From the IMG/VR virus record IMGVR_UViG_3300005077_000052, positions 1-37,153 of that record: a DNA stretch of 37,153 nucleotides, one strand, 5' to 3'. The translations under genes were made by a program, and so were the position numbers. The notes beneath the pieces are model-generated. The model saw only the letters and a program-made list of their open reading frames with translations, was not told the DNA's origin and searched no databases. The stretch is from a virus (Duplodnaviria; Caudoviricetes). Position 1 is the first letter of the stretch. Every line of letters starts with the position of its first letter. Shown here piece by piece: positions 15,494 to 25,400 of the stretch.

Positions 15494-16846
15494 TTGATTG
15501 ACTATATCTTGAAAACTGTACCTCTTGATGACATTGAACTGGGTGTGAGATACAGAAAAGATTATGGCGACTTGGATGAAATGTGTTATTCAATTAAGAA
15601 GAATGGCCAGATCAGTCCAATAACCTTAGGCCTCAACCCTGATCGAGCTTCATCTAAACCATACATCCTTGCAGCTGGTGGTAGAAGATTTTCTGCCTTT
15701 ACAAAAATGGCAGCTGTTGATGGGAAGTTTAAACAGATTGATGCTAAAATTTACAATAAAATCTTATCTGACCTTGAAATTAGATCAATTGAACTGTGCG
15801 AAAACATTCATCGTAAAGACTTTGATTATGCTGAAAAATTAAAAATAACAGCTGAGGTTCAAAGGCTACAAGTCATGATTCACGGTGAGAAGGTTTCCAG
15901 AGATCCTGACGCACCTGGCTGGTCACAGGCAGATACAGCCAAGCTCCTTGGAAAGTCTGCAAGTTCAATAGCCGCTGATTTAAAACTCGCTAAAGCCATT
16001 GAACAGATACCTGAACTGGCTAATTGTAAGAATAAAAATGAAGCCTTTAAAAAATTACATAACATTGAGTCAAGTATAATTAACTCACAACTTTCTAATA
16101 ATTATAAAAAGGCATTGAAGAATGAAGATAGTATCCAATCTAAATTAATCAACGCTTACATCCTTGGAGACTTTTTTGAAGTTGTTAAAAAAATTCCTGA
16201 CAACACAGTTGACTTCTGTGAAATTGACCCACCTTATGCAATCAACCTTAATGATCTTAAAAAGAAGGAATATAATAGTAGTGTAAAAACATACAATGAA
16301 ATTGATGTTAGTGAATATATTGACTTTATGAATAAAACCTTTAAACAATGTTATAGAATTATGAAGCCTGATTCTTGGTTAATTTGCTGGTTCGCACCTG
16401 AACCCTGGTTCAATACAATTTATGAATTATTAACTTCTAACGATTTCAAAACTAATAGAATGGTAGGAGTTTGGAATAAGAATGTAGGTCAAAATATGTC
16501 ACCTACAACCCGTCTAACTAATGTCTATGAAATGTTTTTCTATGCAAGAAAGGGTAGTGCAACTTTAAATAAACCTGGAAGTAATAATATGTTTAACTTC
16601 TTACCTGTCCCTGCAGGTGAAAAATATCACCCAACACAAAGACCTAACACATTGATTAAGGAAATTTTAAGAACCTTCTGCAAACCTAACAGCAATATCT
16701 TCATCCCCTTCCTTGGCTCAGGTCAAACTATTTTATCCGCTCACGAACTTGACATGACAGCTTATGGAACTGAACTTTCTAAAGACTTTAAAGATGAATA
16801 TATAATTAGAATTAGAGAAGAAATTAAAACTCAATCACAGGAATAA
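15494..16846 (+). CDS. ParB N-terminal domain + HTH + beta-class N6A/N4C DNA methyltransferase fusion
   Basis: ParB motifs GQISPI, AGGRR, ENIHRKD; HTH WSQADTAKLLGKSASSIAADLKLA; MTase DPPY, HPTQRP, PFLGSG. Confidence 0.88.
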   Translation: MIDYILKTVPLDDIELGVRYRKDYGDLDEMCYSIKKNGQISPITLGLNPDRASSKPYILAAGGRRFSAFTKMAAVDGKFKQIDAKIYNKILSDLEIRSIELCENIHRKDFDYAEKLKITAEVQRLQVMIHGEKVSRDPDAPGWSQADTAKLLGKSASSIAADLKLAKAIEQIPELANCKNKNEAFKKLHNIESSIINSQLSNNYKKALKNEDSIQSKLINAYILGDFFEVVKKIPDNTVDFCEIDPPYAINLNDLKKKEYNSSVKTYNEIDVSEYIDFMNKTFKQCYRIMKPDSWLICWFAPEPWFNTIYELLTSNDFKTNRMVGVWNKNVGQNMSPTTRLTNVYEMFFYARKGSATLNKPGSNNMFNFLPVPAGEKYHPTQRPNTLIKEILRTFCKPNSNIFIPFLGSGQTILSAHELDMTAYGTELSKDFKDEYIIRIREEIKTQSQE

Positions 16847-16850
16847 TTTT

Positions 16851-19319
16851 ATGTTCAAAACCTATGTACCACCTTCTGGTGATCCAAAATCTTGTAAATA
16901 TATAATAGTGGGTGAACAGCCTGGACGTGTGGAAGTCATACGCCAAAAACCTTTCATCGGCCCTGATGGTCAACAGCTGGATCAAATTCTACAAGATGCT
17001 AAAGTTAAACGGTCTGATTGTTATCTAACTAATGTCTTCAAAGATATTGATCACCCTCTAAACTTCTACATGACTTTTAATAAGAATAAACCACCTACTA
17101 TTTCAAAAGAAGGTCAGGAACAGATAGATAATTTAATAAAAGAAATTAATGCCTGCTCTGCTTCAATAATCATAGCAACTGGCAATGTACCTTTATACGC
17201 CTTAACCCAGCGTTATGGTATAACAAAGTGGAGAGGCTCAATCTTATACCCAATAGACACGCCAGGTAAAATACTAATCCCTACTCTCCATCCAGCAACT
17301 ATCATTCCACCTAAATTTCAATATAAAAATAAACATCTAATCTACTTCGACGTGAGCAGGGCGAAGGAAATAAATGAAGGTAGTTTTAAACAGATAGCTA
17401 AAAACTGTATAATCTCCCCTACTTACACTCAATGTATGGACTTTTTAACTTCATGTTTAAACAGGGGTAGGAATAAAGAAGTTAGATGGATCGCTTATGA
17501 TATCGAAGTAACTAACCTCGAAGTCAGTTGTATCTCTTTCTCATATCAAGAAAATGAAGCCATTTGCATCCCATTCAATGGACCATCCGGTGATTACTTC
17601 ACAACTGAGCAGGAAGTAAACATATGGTTGAAAATTGCTGAAATTCTTGAAGATGAAAGCATACCTAAACTTGGTCAAAACCTGACATTTGACGCCCACT
17701 TCCTCCTTCGCAAGTACGGCATTCACATTGCTAATATTCACGACACTATGATCATGCAAAGGTTGTTAATGTCTGAGTATAAAATTGGCCTTGATTTCAT
17801 CGCCAGTATTTGGACTGATATAGCATATTACAAAGATGAAGGTAAATTCTGGTTGAAAGGTCTCGGCTCATTCGATCGTGGTTGGGAATATAACTGCCTT
17901 GACAGTCTTGTCTGTATTCAAGCTGCTCCTAAACAGTATAAAGAGATTGAAGAAAGGGGGTTAATTGAAACTTATAACAGAACAAGAAAAGTAATCTTCC
18001 CTCTAATCTACATGATGGAACGTGGGACTAAGATCAACTTATCTGAAATGCAAAAAGCTTATGATGAAAGTGGAATTAAAATTCATGAAACTAAGCTTAA
18101 ACTTAATGAGATGTGTAAGAAGGAATTGAATGCCAACTCACCTAAACAACTTGCTGATTATTTTTACAAAGAAAGGGGAATCAAAGCTTATGTAAATAAA
18201 AAAGGTGGTGACTCAACAGATGAAGAAGCCATGAAGAGAATTGCAAGACGTGGTTTTCCTGAAGCAGAAGTTGTTCTTGAAATTAGAAGGATGGTTAAAG
18301 AGAGGTCAACCTATCTTGACACTTCAAAGGTTGATAAAGATGGTAGGATGCGTTGTAGTTATAACCCCGCCGGCACTCGTTACAGTAGATTAAGTTCAAG
18401 TGAGAGTATATTTGGAACTGGTAATAATTTACAGAACCAACCACATTCAGTTCTTAAACATTTCATCTCTGATGATGAGTATGTAGCTTATGAAATTGAC
18501 TTGAGTCAGGCCGAGAATAGAATTGTCGCCTATGTCGGGCGTGTAACAGCGATGATTAACGCCTTTGAAACTAAACAAGATGTTCATAGCCTAACTGGTG
18601 CATTAATCAGTGGTAAGACACCTGAAGAAATTGCATATGAAGATAAGAATGACATAAAGTGTCCAATCGCTGGAGGTCAGAAAACCTGGCGTTATTGGGG
18701 GAAGAAGGCTAATCACGGCTTCAACTATGACCTTGGCCCTGACAACTTCGCTTTACATTATGAAATAGATGTAAGCTCTGGCCGGTTGATTTATAAAAAC
18801 TATCACAAGGCTTATCCTGAAATTCAAAACCACTATCACGGTTATGTCAAAACTTGCTTATTAAAAGATAGAACATTAACAAATTTAATGGGCAGGAAAA
18901 CTTACTTCATGGATAATTTAAGTGACTTTCGTGGCCGTGATCAAACCTTTAAAGCTGCCTACAGTTGCATTCCACAAGGAACCGTAGGTGACGTGATCAA
19001 CGAACGAGGACTAAACTACATCTATTATTCAAAACATTTAGAAAAAGTTGAACTATTAATGCAAGTTCATGATTCAATTAAGTTTCAAATACCTTTAAAC
19101 ATTGGTTGGCTGAATCATGCAATTCTTTTAACTGATATTAAGACTAACCTTGAACAACCTTTAACTACACATTATGGACGTCAGTTCATAATCCCTGCTG
19201 ATATTCAAATAGGTAAGAATTTTGGAGATATGGAGAAGATTAAAGCAGATGAAGTTAGTTCAAATTTAAATGAGTTTGCTACTTTGCTTGAAGAAAGATA
19301 TAATGAAACTAAAAATTAA
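16851..19319 (+). CDS. polA: Family A DNA polymerase with N-terminal family-4 uracil-DNA glycosylase-like domain and 3'-5' exonuclease
   Basis: UDG motifs VGEQPG, PFIG, LHPA; Exo DIE, NLTFD, YNCLD; Pol RLSSS, NLQN, DLSQAENR, KKANHGFNY, QGT, QVHDS. Confidence 0.92.
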   Translation: MFKTYVPPSGDPKSCKYIIVGEQPGRVEVIRQKPFIGPDGQQLDQILQDAKVKRSDCYLTNVFKDIDHPLNFYMTFNKNKPPTISKEGQEQIDNLIKEINACSASIIIATGNVPLYALTQRYGITKWRGSILYPIDTPGKILIPTLHPATIIPPKFQYKNKHLIYFDVSRAKEINEGSFKQIAKNCIISPTYTQCMDFLTSCLNRGRNKEVRWIAYDIEVTNLEVSCISFSYQENEAICIPFNGPSGDYFTTEQEVNIWLKIAEILEDESIPKLGQNLTFDAHFLLRKYGIHIANIHDTMIMQRLLMSEYKIGLDFIASIWTDIAYYKDEGKFWLKGLGSFDRGWEYNCLDSLVCIQAAPKQYKEIEERGLIETYNRTRKVIFPLIYMMERGTKINLSEMQKAYDESGIKIHETKLKLNEMCKKELNANSPKQLADYFYKERGIKAYVNKKGGDSTDEEAMKRIARRGFPEAEVVLEIRRMVKERSTYLDTSKVDKDGRMRCSYNPAGTRYSRLSSSESIFGTGNNLQNQPHSVLKHFISDDEYVAYEIDLSQAENRIVAYVGRVTAMINAFETKQDVHSLTGALISGKTPEEIAYEDKNDIKCPIAGGQKTWRYWGKKANHGFNYDLGPDNFALHYEIDVSSGRLIYKNYHKAYPEIQNHYHGYVKTCLLKDRTLTNLMGRKTYFMDNLSDFRGRDQTFKAAYSCIPQGTVGDVINERGLNYIYYSKHLEKVELLMQVHDSIKFQIPLNIGWLNHAILLTDIKTNLEQPLTTHYGRQFIIPADIQIGKNFGDMEKIKADEVSSNLNEFATLLEERYNETKN

Positions 19320-19323
19320 ATCG

Positions 19324-19346
19324 CTGTATGCATTTTATGCATACAG
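19324..19346. repeat. Dispersed palindrome copy 7 (CTGTATGCA TTTTA TGCATACAG)
   Basis: Read directly; 4 bp after the polymerase stop. Confidence 0.95.
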
Positions 19347-19382
19347 CAATCAGTTAAATTACTAATTAAAAAGGAGGGTTTA

Positions 19383-19592
19383 ATGCAAGAAGAATTTATT
19401 AATAAATTAAAAGATGAAAAATTAAAAGAATTATATACTAATTTATTTCATCTTAATAAAGAAGTAAGTAAGATTGAAAAAGCTATAAAGGCATTACAAG
19501 AAATCTGTAATCATAAATTTATTGATAATGGTCATGACTCACATTATTCATATAGTATATGTATATTTTGTGGTTATGAAAGAAGAGATTAA
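19383..19592 (+). CDS. Small coiled-coil/Zn-finger protein
   Basis: GGAGG RBS; CNH...CIFCG. Confidence 0.7.
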   Translation: MQEEFINKLKDEKLKELYTNLFHLNKEVSKIEKAIKALQEICNHKFIDNGHDSHYSYSICIFCGYERRD

Positions 19593-19623
19593 AATTAATT
19601 ACTAATTAAAAGGAAGTTAAAAT

Positions 19624-19886
19624 ATGGGAATACATATTACATTAACAAATAGTAATTGTGAAGATCATCCAGATTGGGATCATTTAAGACAAGCTAATGA
19701 TTATAATTTTTATAATTTAATATCTACTATAGAAGATATTAATTATGAAGAACCTTTTAGGATTACAAGATTTGATAAAATTAGAGAAAAATAAATATTA
19801 CAAATTGGGAAAATAAAGATAGATATTTACATCTTTTAAATTTATTAGAAGGTTATGAAGAATATAAATTATATTTTTCATTTTAA
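19624..19886 (+). pseudogene. Frameshifted hypothetical gene
   Basis: MGIHITL...DKIREK stops at GAAAAATAA (about 19786-19794); one extra A continues as INITNWENKDRYLHLL...LYFSF to 19886. Confidence 0.55.
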
Positions 19887-19921
19887 TTTAAATCACTATT
19901 TTAAAAAGAAGGAGAAATAAA

Positions 19922-20509
19922 TTGGAACTATTTTTCGACACTGAAACAACAAATTTTTTATCTGACAAGTTAACCCCTGACGATCCAAAACAGGGGAGGG
20001 TTCTTCAACTTGGCTACATCCTTTCAACTAAAGATAGAATCTATCATGAGGGGTGTTTTCTAATTAACATCAACAACTGTGAGATTAATAATTATGTATT
20101 TGAAGCTCATGGGATAACAGCTGAAGAGTCGAATAAGTTTGGCATTGATGAAGTTAATGTTTGGGAAATCTTCTACAACACACTTTGTTTACAACCAACT
20201 TTAATTGCCCATAACTTCAACTTTGACATTAGGTTTTTAAGAATCTTATCACAATCTTATATGGGTGATCAAGGTTTAATTAACTCATTACCGGCTATCT
20301 GTACTATGCTTGAATCTACTAATTATTGCAAGCTGCCTAAAGCCAGAGGTGCTGGATACAAGTGGCCGAAGCTCGAAGAACTTCACAAAATTCTCTTCGA
20401 CTATGACTTTGAAGGTGCTCATAATGCTTTGGCTGATTGTCACGCAACAAGGAAATGTTTTTATAAACTGGTTGAAATGGGAGTGATTAAATATGAATTT
20501 CAAAGTTGA
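19922..20509 (+). CDS. DEDDh 3'-5' exonuclease (DnaQ-like)
   Basis: FFDTETT, HGIT, AHNFNFD, CTM, AHNALAD. Confidence 0.9.
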   Translation: MELFFDTETTNFLSDKLTPDDPKQGRVLQLGYILSTKDRIYHEGCFLININNCEINNYVFEAHGITAEESNKFGIDEVNVWEIFYNTLCLQPTLIAHNFNFDIRFLRILSQSYMGDQGLINSLPAICTMLESTNYCKLPKARGAGYKWPKLEELHKILFDYDFEGAHNALADCHATRKCFYKLVEMGVIKYEFQS

Positions 20510-20657
20510 AAGATATTTATTTATAATAGCATCAATTATCTGGCTGATTGCAGCCATAGTTAATTTTAAACATCTTAACCTTGAACTAACTGTATCACAA
20601 ATAATTAACACAATTTTATGTTTATACATAACTTATTTATTAAAGGAAATTGATTAA
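20493..20657 (+). CDS. Small two-helix membrane protein (54 aa)
   Basis: Translated by hand (MNFKVERYLFIIASIIWLIAAIV...); GGAG RBS; TAATG coupling to the MazG-like gene. Confidence 0.6.
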   Translation: MNFKVERYLFIIASIIWLIAAIVNFKHLNLELTVSQIINTILCLYITYLLKEID

Positions 20658-20998
20658 TGAACTTTGACTTATATCAAAAAGAGGCGTTAAAAACAGCAGT
20701 TTTTCCTGACTTCGATTCCAACTATGTTGAAGGTTTAATTTATCCAATTATAGGATTGGCTGGTGAGTGTGGGGAGTTGTCTAATAAATTTAAAAAGGTG
20801 TTGCGTGACCACAATGGAGTTGTAACTGGTGAGATGAATAAACTCCTCTGCGATGAACTGGGTGACTGCTTATGGTACATAGCTATAATAGCTCATAAGT
20901 TGAACATTAACTTAAACACAATAGCTACTAACAATATCTATAAACTTGAGCAGAGGAAACTTAAAAATACGTTGAAAGGAGATGGAGATGGAAGATAA
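20657..20998 (+). CDS. MazG-like nucleotide pyrophosphohydrolase
   Basis: YQ..A..TA, GLAGECGE, KK, DELGDCLWY, N..KL..R, GDGDGR. Confidence 0.9.
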   Translation: MNFDLYQKEALKTAVFPDFDSNYVEGLIYPIIGLAGECGELSNKFKKVLRDHNGVVTGEMNKLLCDELGDCLWYIAIIAHKLNINLNTIATNNIYKLEQRKLKNTLKGDGDGR

Positions 20999-21173
20999 TG
21001 AAAAACTTGCTTGGGATCATTGGAATTACATTGAAGGAGTCTTAAGAACTCAAGGCATTGAAGTTAAACAACTTGAAACAATTAAATATCACTACACAAC
21101 AGCCTTCATTCATGGCTACAAACATGGAGTTGAAGATTCAACAAATATTAATAGAAGTAAAAAGAGAAGTTAA
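20982..21173 (+). CDS. Hypothetical protein (HW.Y...AFIHGYKHG)
   Basis: 63-aa ORF with GGAG RBS. Confidence 0.7.
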   Translation: MEMEDNEKLAWDHWNYIEGVLRTQGIEVKQLETIKYHYTTAFIHGYKHGVEDSTNINRSKKRS

Positions 21174-21185
21174 ATAAGGTTAAAA

Positions 21186-22391
21186 ATGCCTCGCATCTTA
21201 TCTGACTGGATTGATTCCTTTCTCGACTATACAAGTTCAACAGAGCCAGCTGAAATGTATAGAATGTGGGTGGCGATCTCAACAATTGCAGCAGTTCTTA
21301 AACGTAAATGTGTTTTGAATTGGGGAACTGTGAGAGTCTTTCCTAATATGTACATAGTATTAGTCGGCCCCCCTGCTGCAAGAAAAGGAACAGCAATGGG
21401 CTTTGGGATTGACTTTTTATTTCGTGCTGAGATCGCCCTATCCGCAGACTCAACAACTAAAGAAGCATTGATACTTTCAATTAAGGAGAATTATGAAAAC
21501 TCAATAGATTTAAATTCAAATATGTGTCACCACTGTTCCTTCACAATCTGCTCACCTGAATTTAGTGTCTTAATCGGTCATAATGATCCTCAGATGTTGC
21601 GCTATCTAACTGATTGGTTTGATTGTGGGAAGGGGCCTGAAGGTGTATGGGAGCATAAAACTAAAACTCAAGGTGTGGATAAAATCAGTGGAATTTGGGT
21701 GAACTTAATCGGAGCTACAACACCTGAACAAATTGGAATGTGTCCTGATATGGTTGGAGTTGGTCTTGCCTCAAGGATAATTTTTGTCTTTGAAGAGAAA
21801 AAAGGTAAACTTCAACCTTATCCCTTCCTTTCAGAATATCAAGAAGATTTGCGTGAGAAGCTGTATAAAGACCTTGAACAAATCCTCCTCCTTCAAGGAG
21901 AGTTTAAACCTACAACAGAGTGGATAGATGCTTGGGGTCCTTGGTATATTTCAGCTAATACAAACCCTCCATTTAAAGACCGGAGGTTGTCTAAATATTG
22001 TGAGCGTAGACCACTCCACATTTTAAAACTATGCATGATATTATCTGCCTCAAGAAGTGATGATATGATAATAACACTTGATGACTTAAATAGAGCGGTT
22101 GATATCCTTGAAAGGACCGAGATTAAAATGCCTCAGGCATTCGGCTCTATGGGAGATGATCCTGATGCTAAACTCCTCAATAATATAATGAGAGATATTA
22201 TAATTGAAGGTGAAATTGACCGACAAGAGTTATTAACTCGTCATTACTTCGATGCTACTAACCCAAGAAAGTTTGAAGCAATCATTACAACATTGCAGAG
22301 CATGGGATTTCTAACTGTGAAAAGAAGTGTGGGAGAAGGTGGAAGTGTAGTTGAAAAGATAATTCATGTTAAAAAGAAGGAAGATTGTTAA
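21186..22391 (+). CDS. DUF3987/YfjI-like P-loop ATPase, putative replicative helicase
   Basis: FPNMYIVLVGPPAARKGT, EF, GATTP, GLASRIIFV, possible C-terminal winged helix; last gene of the replication arm. Confidence 0.7.
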   Translation: MPRILSDWIDSFLDYTSSTEPAEMYRMWVAISTIAAVLKRKCVLNWGTVRVFPNMYIVLVGPPAARKGTAMGFGIDFLFRAEIALSADSTTKEALILSIKENYENSIDLNSNMCHHCSFTICSPEFSVLIGHNDPQMLRYLTDWFDCGKGPEGVWEHKTKTQGVDKISGIWVNLIGATTPEQIGMCPDMVGVGLASRIIFVFEEKKGKLQPYPFLSEYQEDLREKLYKDLEQILLLQGEFKPTTEWIDAWGPWYISANTNPPFKDRRLSKYCERRPLHILKLCMILSASRSDDMIITLDDLNRAVDILERTEIKMPQAFGSMGDDPDAKLLNNIMRDIIIEGEIDRQELLTRHYFDATNPRKFEAIITTLQSMGFLTVKRSVGEGGSVVEKIIHVKKKEDC

Positions 22392-22393
22392 AT

Positions 22394-22424
22394 AAAAAAG
22401 GGAGGACTTAACATCCTCCCTATT
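22394..22424. terminator. Terminator between the convergent arms
   Basis: AGGGAGGA-CTTAACA-TCCTCCCT, with a T-run on the minus strand. Confidence 0.8.
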
Positions 22425-22432
22425 CACCCTAA

Positions 22433-25400
22433 TCACCTTCTCCTCTCAGGCAATCCTTTCTTACCTTTCTTACTTTCATCATACCTACCAAGCAGCGCAC
22501 CTAAATTATCTTCCCCTCTCATCTTCCCTCTCACAAACTTAACAGCCTGACCAGTCCCAGGAACTCCAGTAACCTTACCAATCATCTCAGCAAGTTTCAA
22601 CCTGGCCTTATCATCTCCATTAATTGCCCTTGTAATTAAATCATCTGAATAACCATCTTGCTTATTCAACTGTTTAAAAATTTCCCCTATAAATTCAATC
22701 CCAGGACCAAACGGATGAGAGCCAAATTTAACTGAACCACCAAAGGGCATGGCTTCACTAACCTCTTTCAAAGATTTTAAAACAATGGCTGAGGTCTCAT
22801 CACCTTTCTCCAACCCATCAACTATAGCTTTAATTGGTGCAGGTGATGGACTCTGAATGCCTAAATAATCTTCATAAAAGTTATTAATCAAAGCTGTGCC
22901 GACTGTGAAGTAGACAACCCTTCTTGCAGTATCAAGTGGATTTCTCTCTGGATGATTTATACTTAATACTTCCCTCGCAATAAACTGAGCATTGTTAATT
23001 GTGAATGTCTGCCAAAGAGTCATAGCCTTACCAAAACCACTCATTTGTATAGGACTTAAATCACTGGCTTTGCCTGAACCTTGTGTTCTAACAACTGCCT
23101 CATCAGCAAACTTAATTGCCCGAATCTCACTCATCCTACCTTTAACAGAATCATAAGCAGTTCTCCAAGTAGCTTCAGCCATTATGTAATCAACCATCTT
23201 CATGGGCCACATAGATGTTTGCTTAACAGTTTCAACACCCTTTCTAAACTTGCCTGCCCCAAACTGTTGAGCCACAACATCTAAAATCGGATCACCTATT
23301 CTCCCCTTCAACACATTACTTTTCCCAATTGGAGCATCGTTAAACTTCCTACCAATAACAGTATCAACCAATCCTTTAGCAGTCCTAACTGGCCCAAATA
23401 CAGTAGCTGTGTTCCAAAGAGAGACTGGCTGAACTAAAACAGTTCTTAAACTCCCACCTAAAATTGACATAGTTAAATTTTCACTTAACTTTGTAAACGC
23501 TTTCTCCAACGGTCTTAAACTTTCACCTAATATAACATTAGGAACACCTGCTAACTTATTACTCCACCTTGAAAGAAATTCAGCAAGTTCAGGATTGCCT
23601 CCAATCTCTTTCATCTTATAAATCTTACCACTTTCAGGATCTTTTAAACTTCTTGAAACTATCTCCTTAATAAAACTATTAATCGGACTCATGTGAATGT
23701 GTCTTAATGCAACCTTACTATATTCACCCAACAGTTTAACTGGATCAAGCTTAAGAACAACGCCAGGTTTTAACCCACCCCTCTTTGTGAATTCAAAAGC
23801 TGCTTTCTCCACAGTGCCTAAGTCATGCCTGTGAATTATCTCATTCAATGAATCTGTAATTAAATTAGGAAGTTCAATCTCCTCTTTAGTCCCCTTCAAC
23901 AAATCTCTAACCTTAGCCATGAAACTTTCTTGAGCTATGAAAGGTAGATATATATTATTACCATCAGCATCTCTTATAGCTTTTATTGGCTCCTGACCGA
24001 TACTAACTCTAACTTCATTAATCTTGTTGAACAGGCTTTCAAAAATTGGCTCTACACGTTCCATCAACTTGTCATATTTAATAGTTTCAGGAGCCGTCTT
24101 ATTCAACTTCTTCATAGCTTTGGCACCAGACTCACTTCTCATCATCTGTTTAATGCCCGCCTGTTCTCTCAACTTAACATTAGAAAACTCTTTCTCAATA
24201 TCTCTAATTGTCTTAACAATGTTGTTCATATCTTTATTCATAGCAACTTCAGCAGCATTAGCTCGATGCCATAAATCTTTAACAAACTGAGATTTAAATT
24301 TATCTATAGTGTGAATAGTTGGGATAAATGGCTTGAACAACTTTCCAGTTATTGGAACCTCAGCAGCTTTAATTGCTTTTAAAGTTTCAAGGCCTATAGG
24401 TACAGATGGATTTGAAAGCTTTGAAGTATTAACCCTCACATCACCTACTTTAAACTCAATAGGATCAGCCCCTTCAATATATTTAAGTGGACTTTCCCCT
24501 GCCATTTTAAATGGATCAACCACCTTCAAACTTTCATGAACTTTAACTATGTCAGCAACTTGCTTTTTGCTCAGCCCTTGACCTTCCAACAACTTTTCAA
24601 TTGTAGTTTTATTCCTCTCAGCAAGTTTACCAACTTGAATAATTTTATCAATTTCAGTCTGATTAAACTTCTCCCTAACCTCCTTAGAACTTCTACCTAC
24701 ATTAACTTCCCCCCTCTCATTCATAAATGGTCTAAGGAGTAGTTCACCTACTGATGTCTTTCCCCCTTCAAATGTTTCACCTTTTTTATACATCTCTCTA
24801 ACTTTATCAGTTAATGGAAAGTGCCATAAACTACCTTCACCCTCACCCACTCTCTCAGCCTTAACACCTAATTCATTCTCAAGAAACTTTTTATACTTCC
24901 CATCATAAATAGGTTCATAGTTATATCCTCTCTCCCCCATCTGATCCCAAGCAGCCTTATGAACATCAGCAGTTGACATTGTAATACTATCTTTACCTTC
25001 TCTGACTGCCTGACCGATCTGATCTCTCAAGACTGACTTATACCAACTTTCTTTAAGTGGTGGTTGTGTAAATTTAGGTTCTTCAATATTATAAAGATAT
25101 TCATTCATCTTTGTAATTATATCTTCACATTTAATAGTATCTAATTTACCTTGCCACATTAACTGATCTACATTATATTTTAATTGTTCTATAGTATCTA
25201 AATTATATTTCTTTGTATATACATCTCTTTTAGGTGTAAATTTAGTTAACTCAGCCAGCCTTTCAATCTCCCTCTCAATCCCTGCCTCCTTCCTAACATC
25301 ATTCATCCAGTCACTTTGAACTTCGTGAATGTGTCTACTATCCTCAACTTTATCCCCCAACTTAAATTTATAAGAATCATAAACTCTTGCAAATGCTAAG

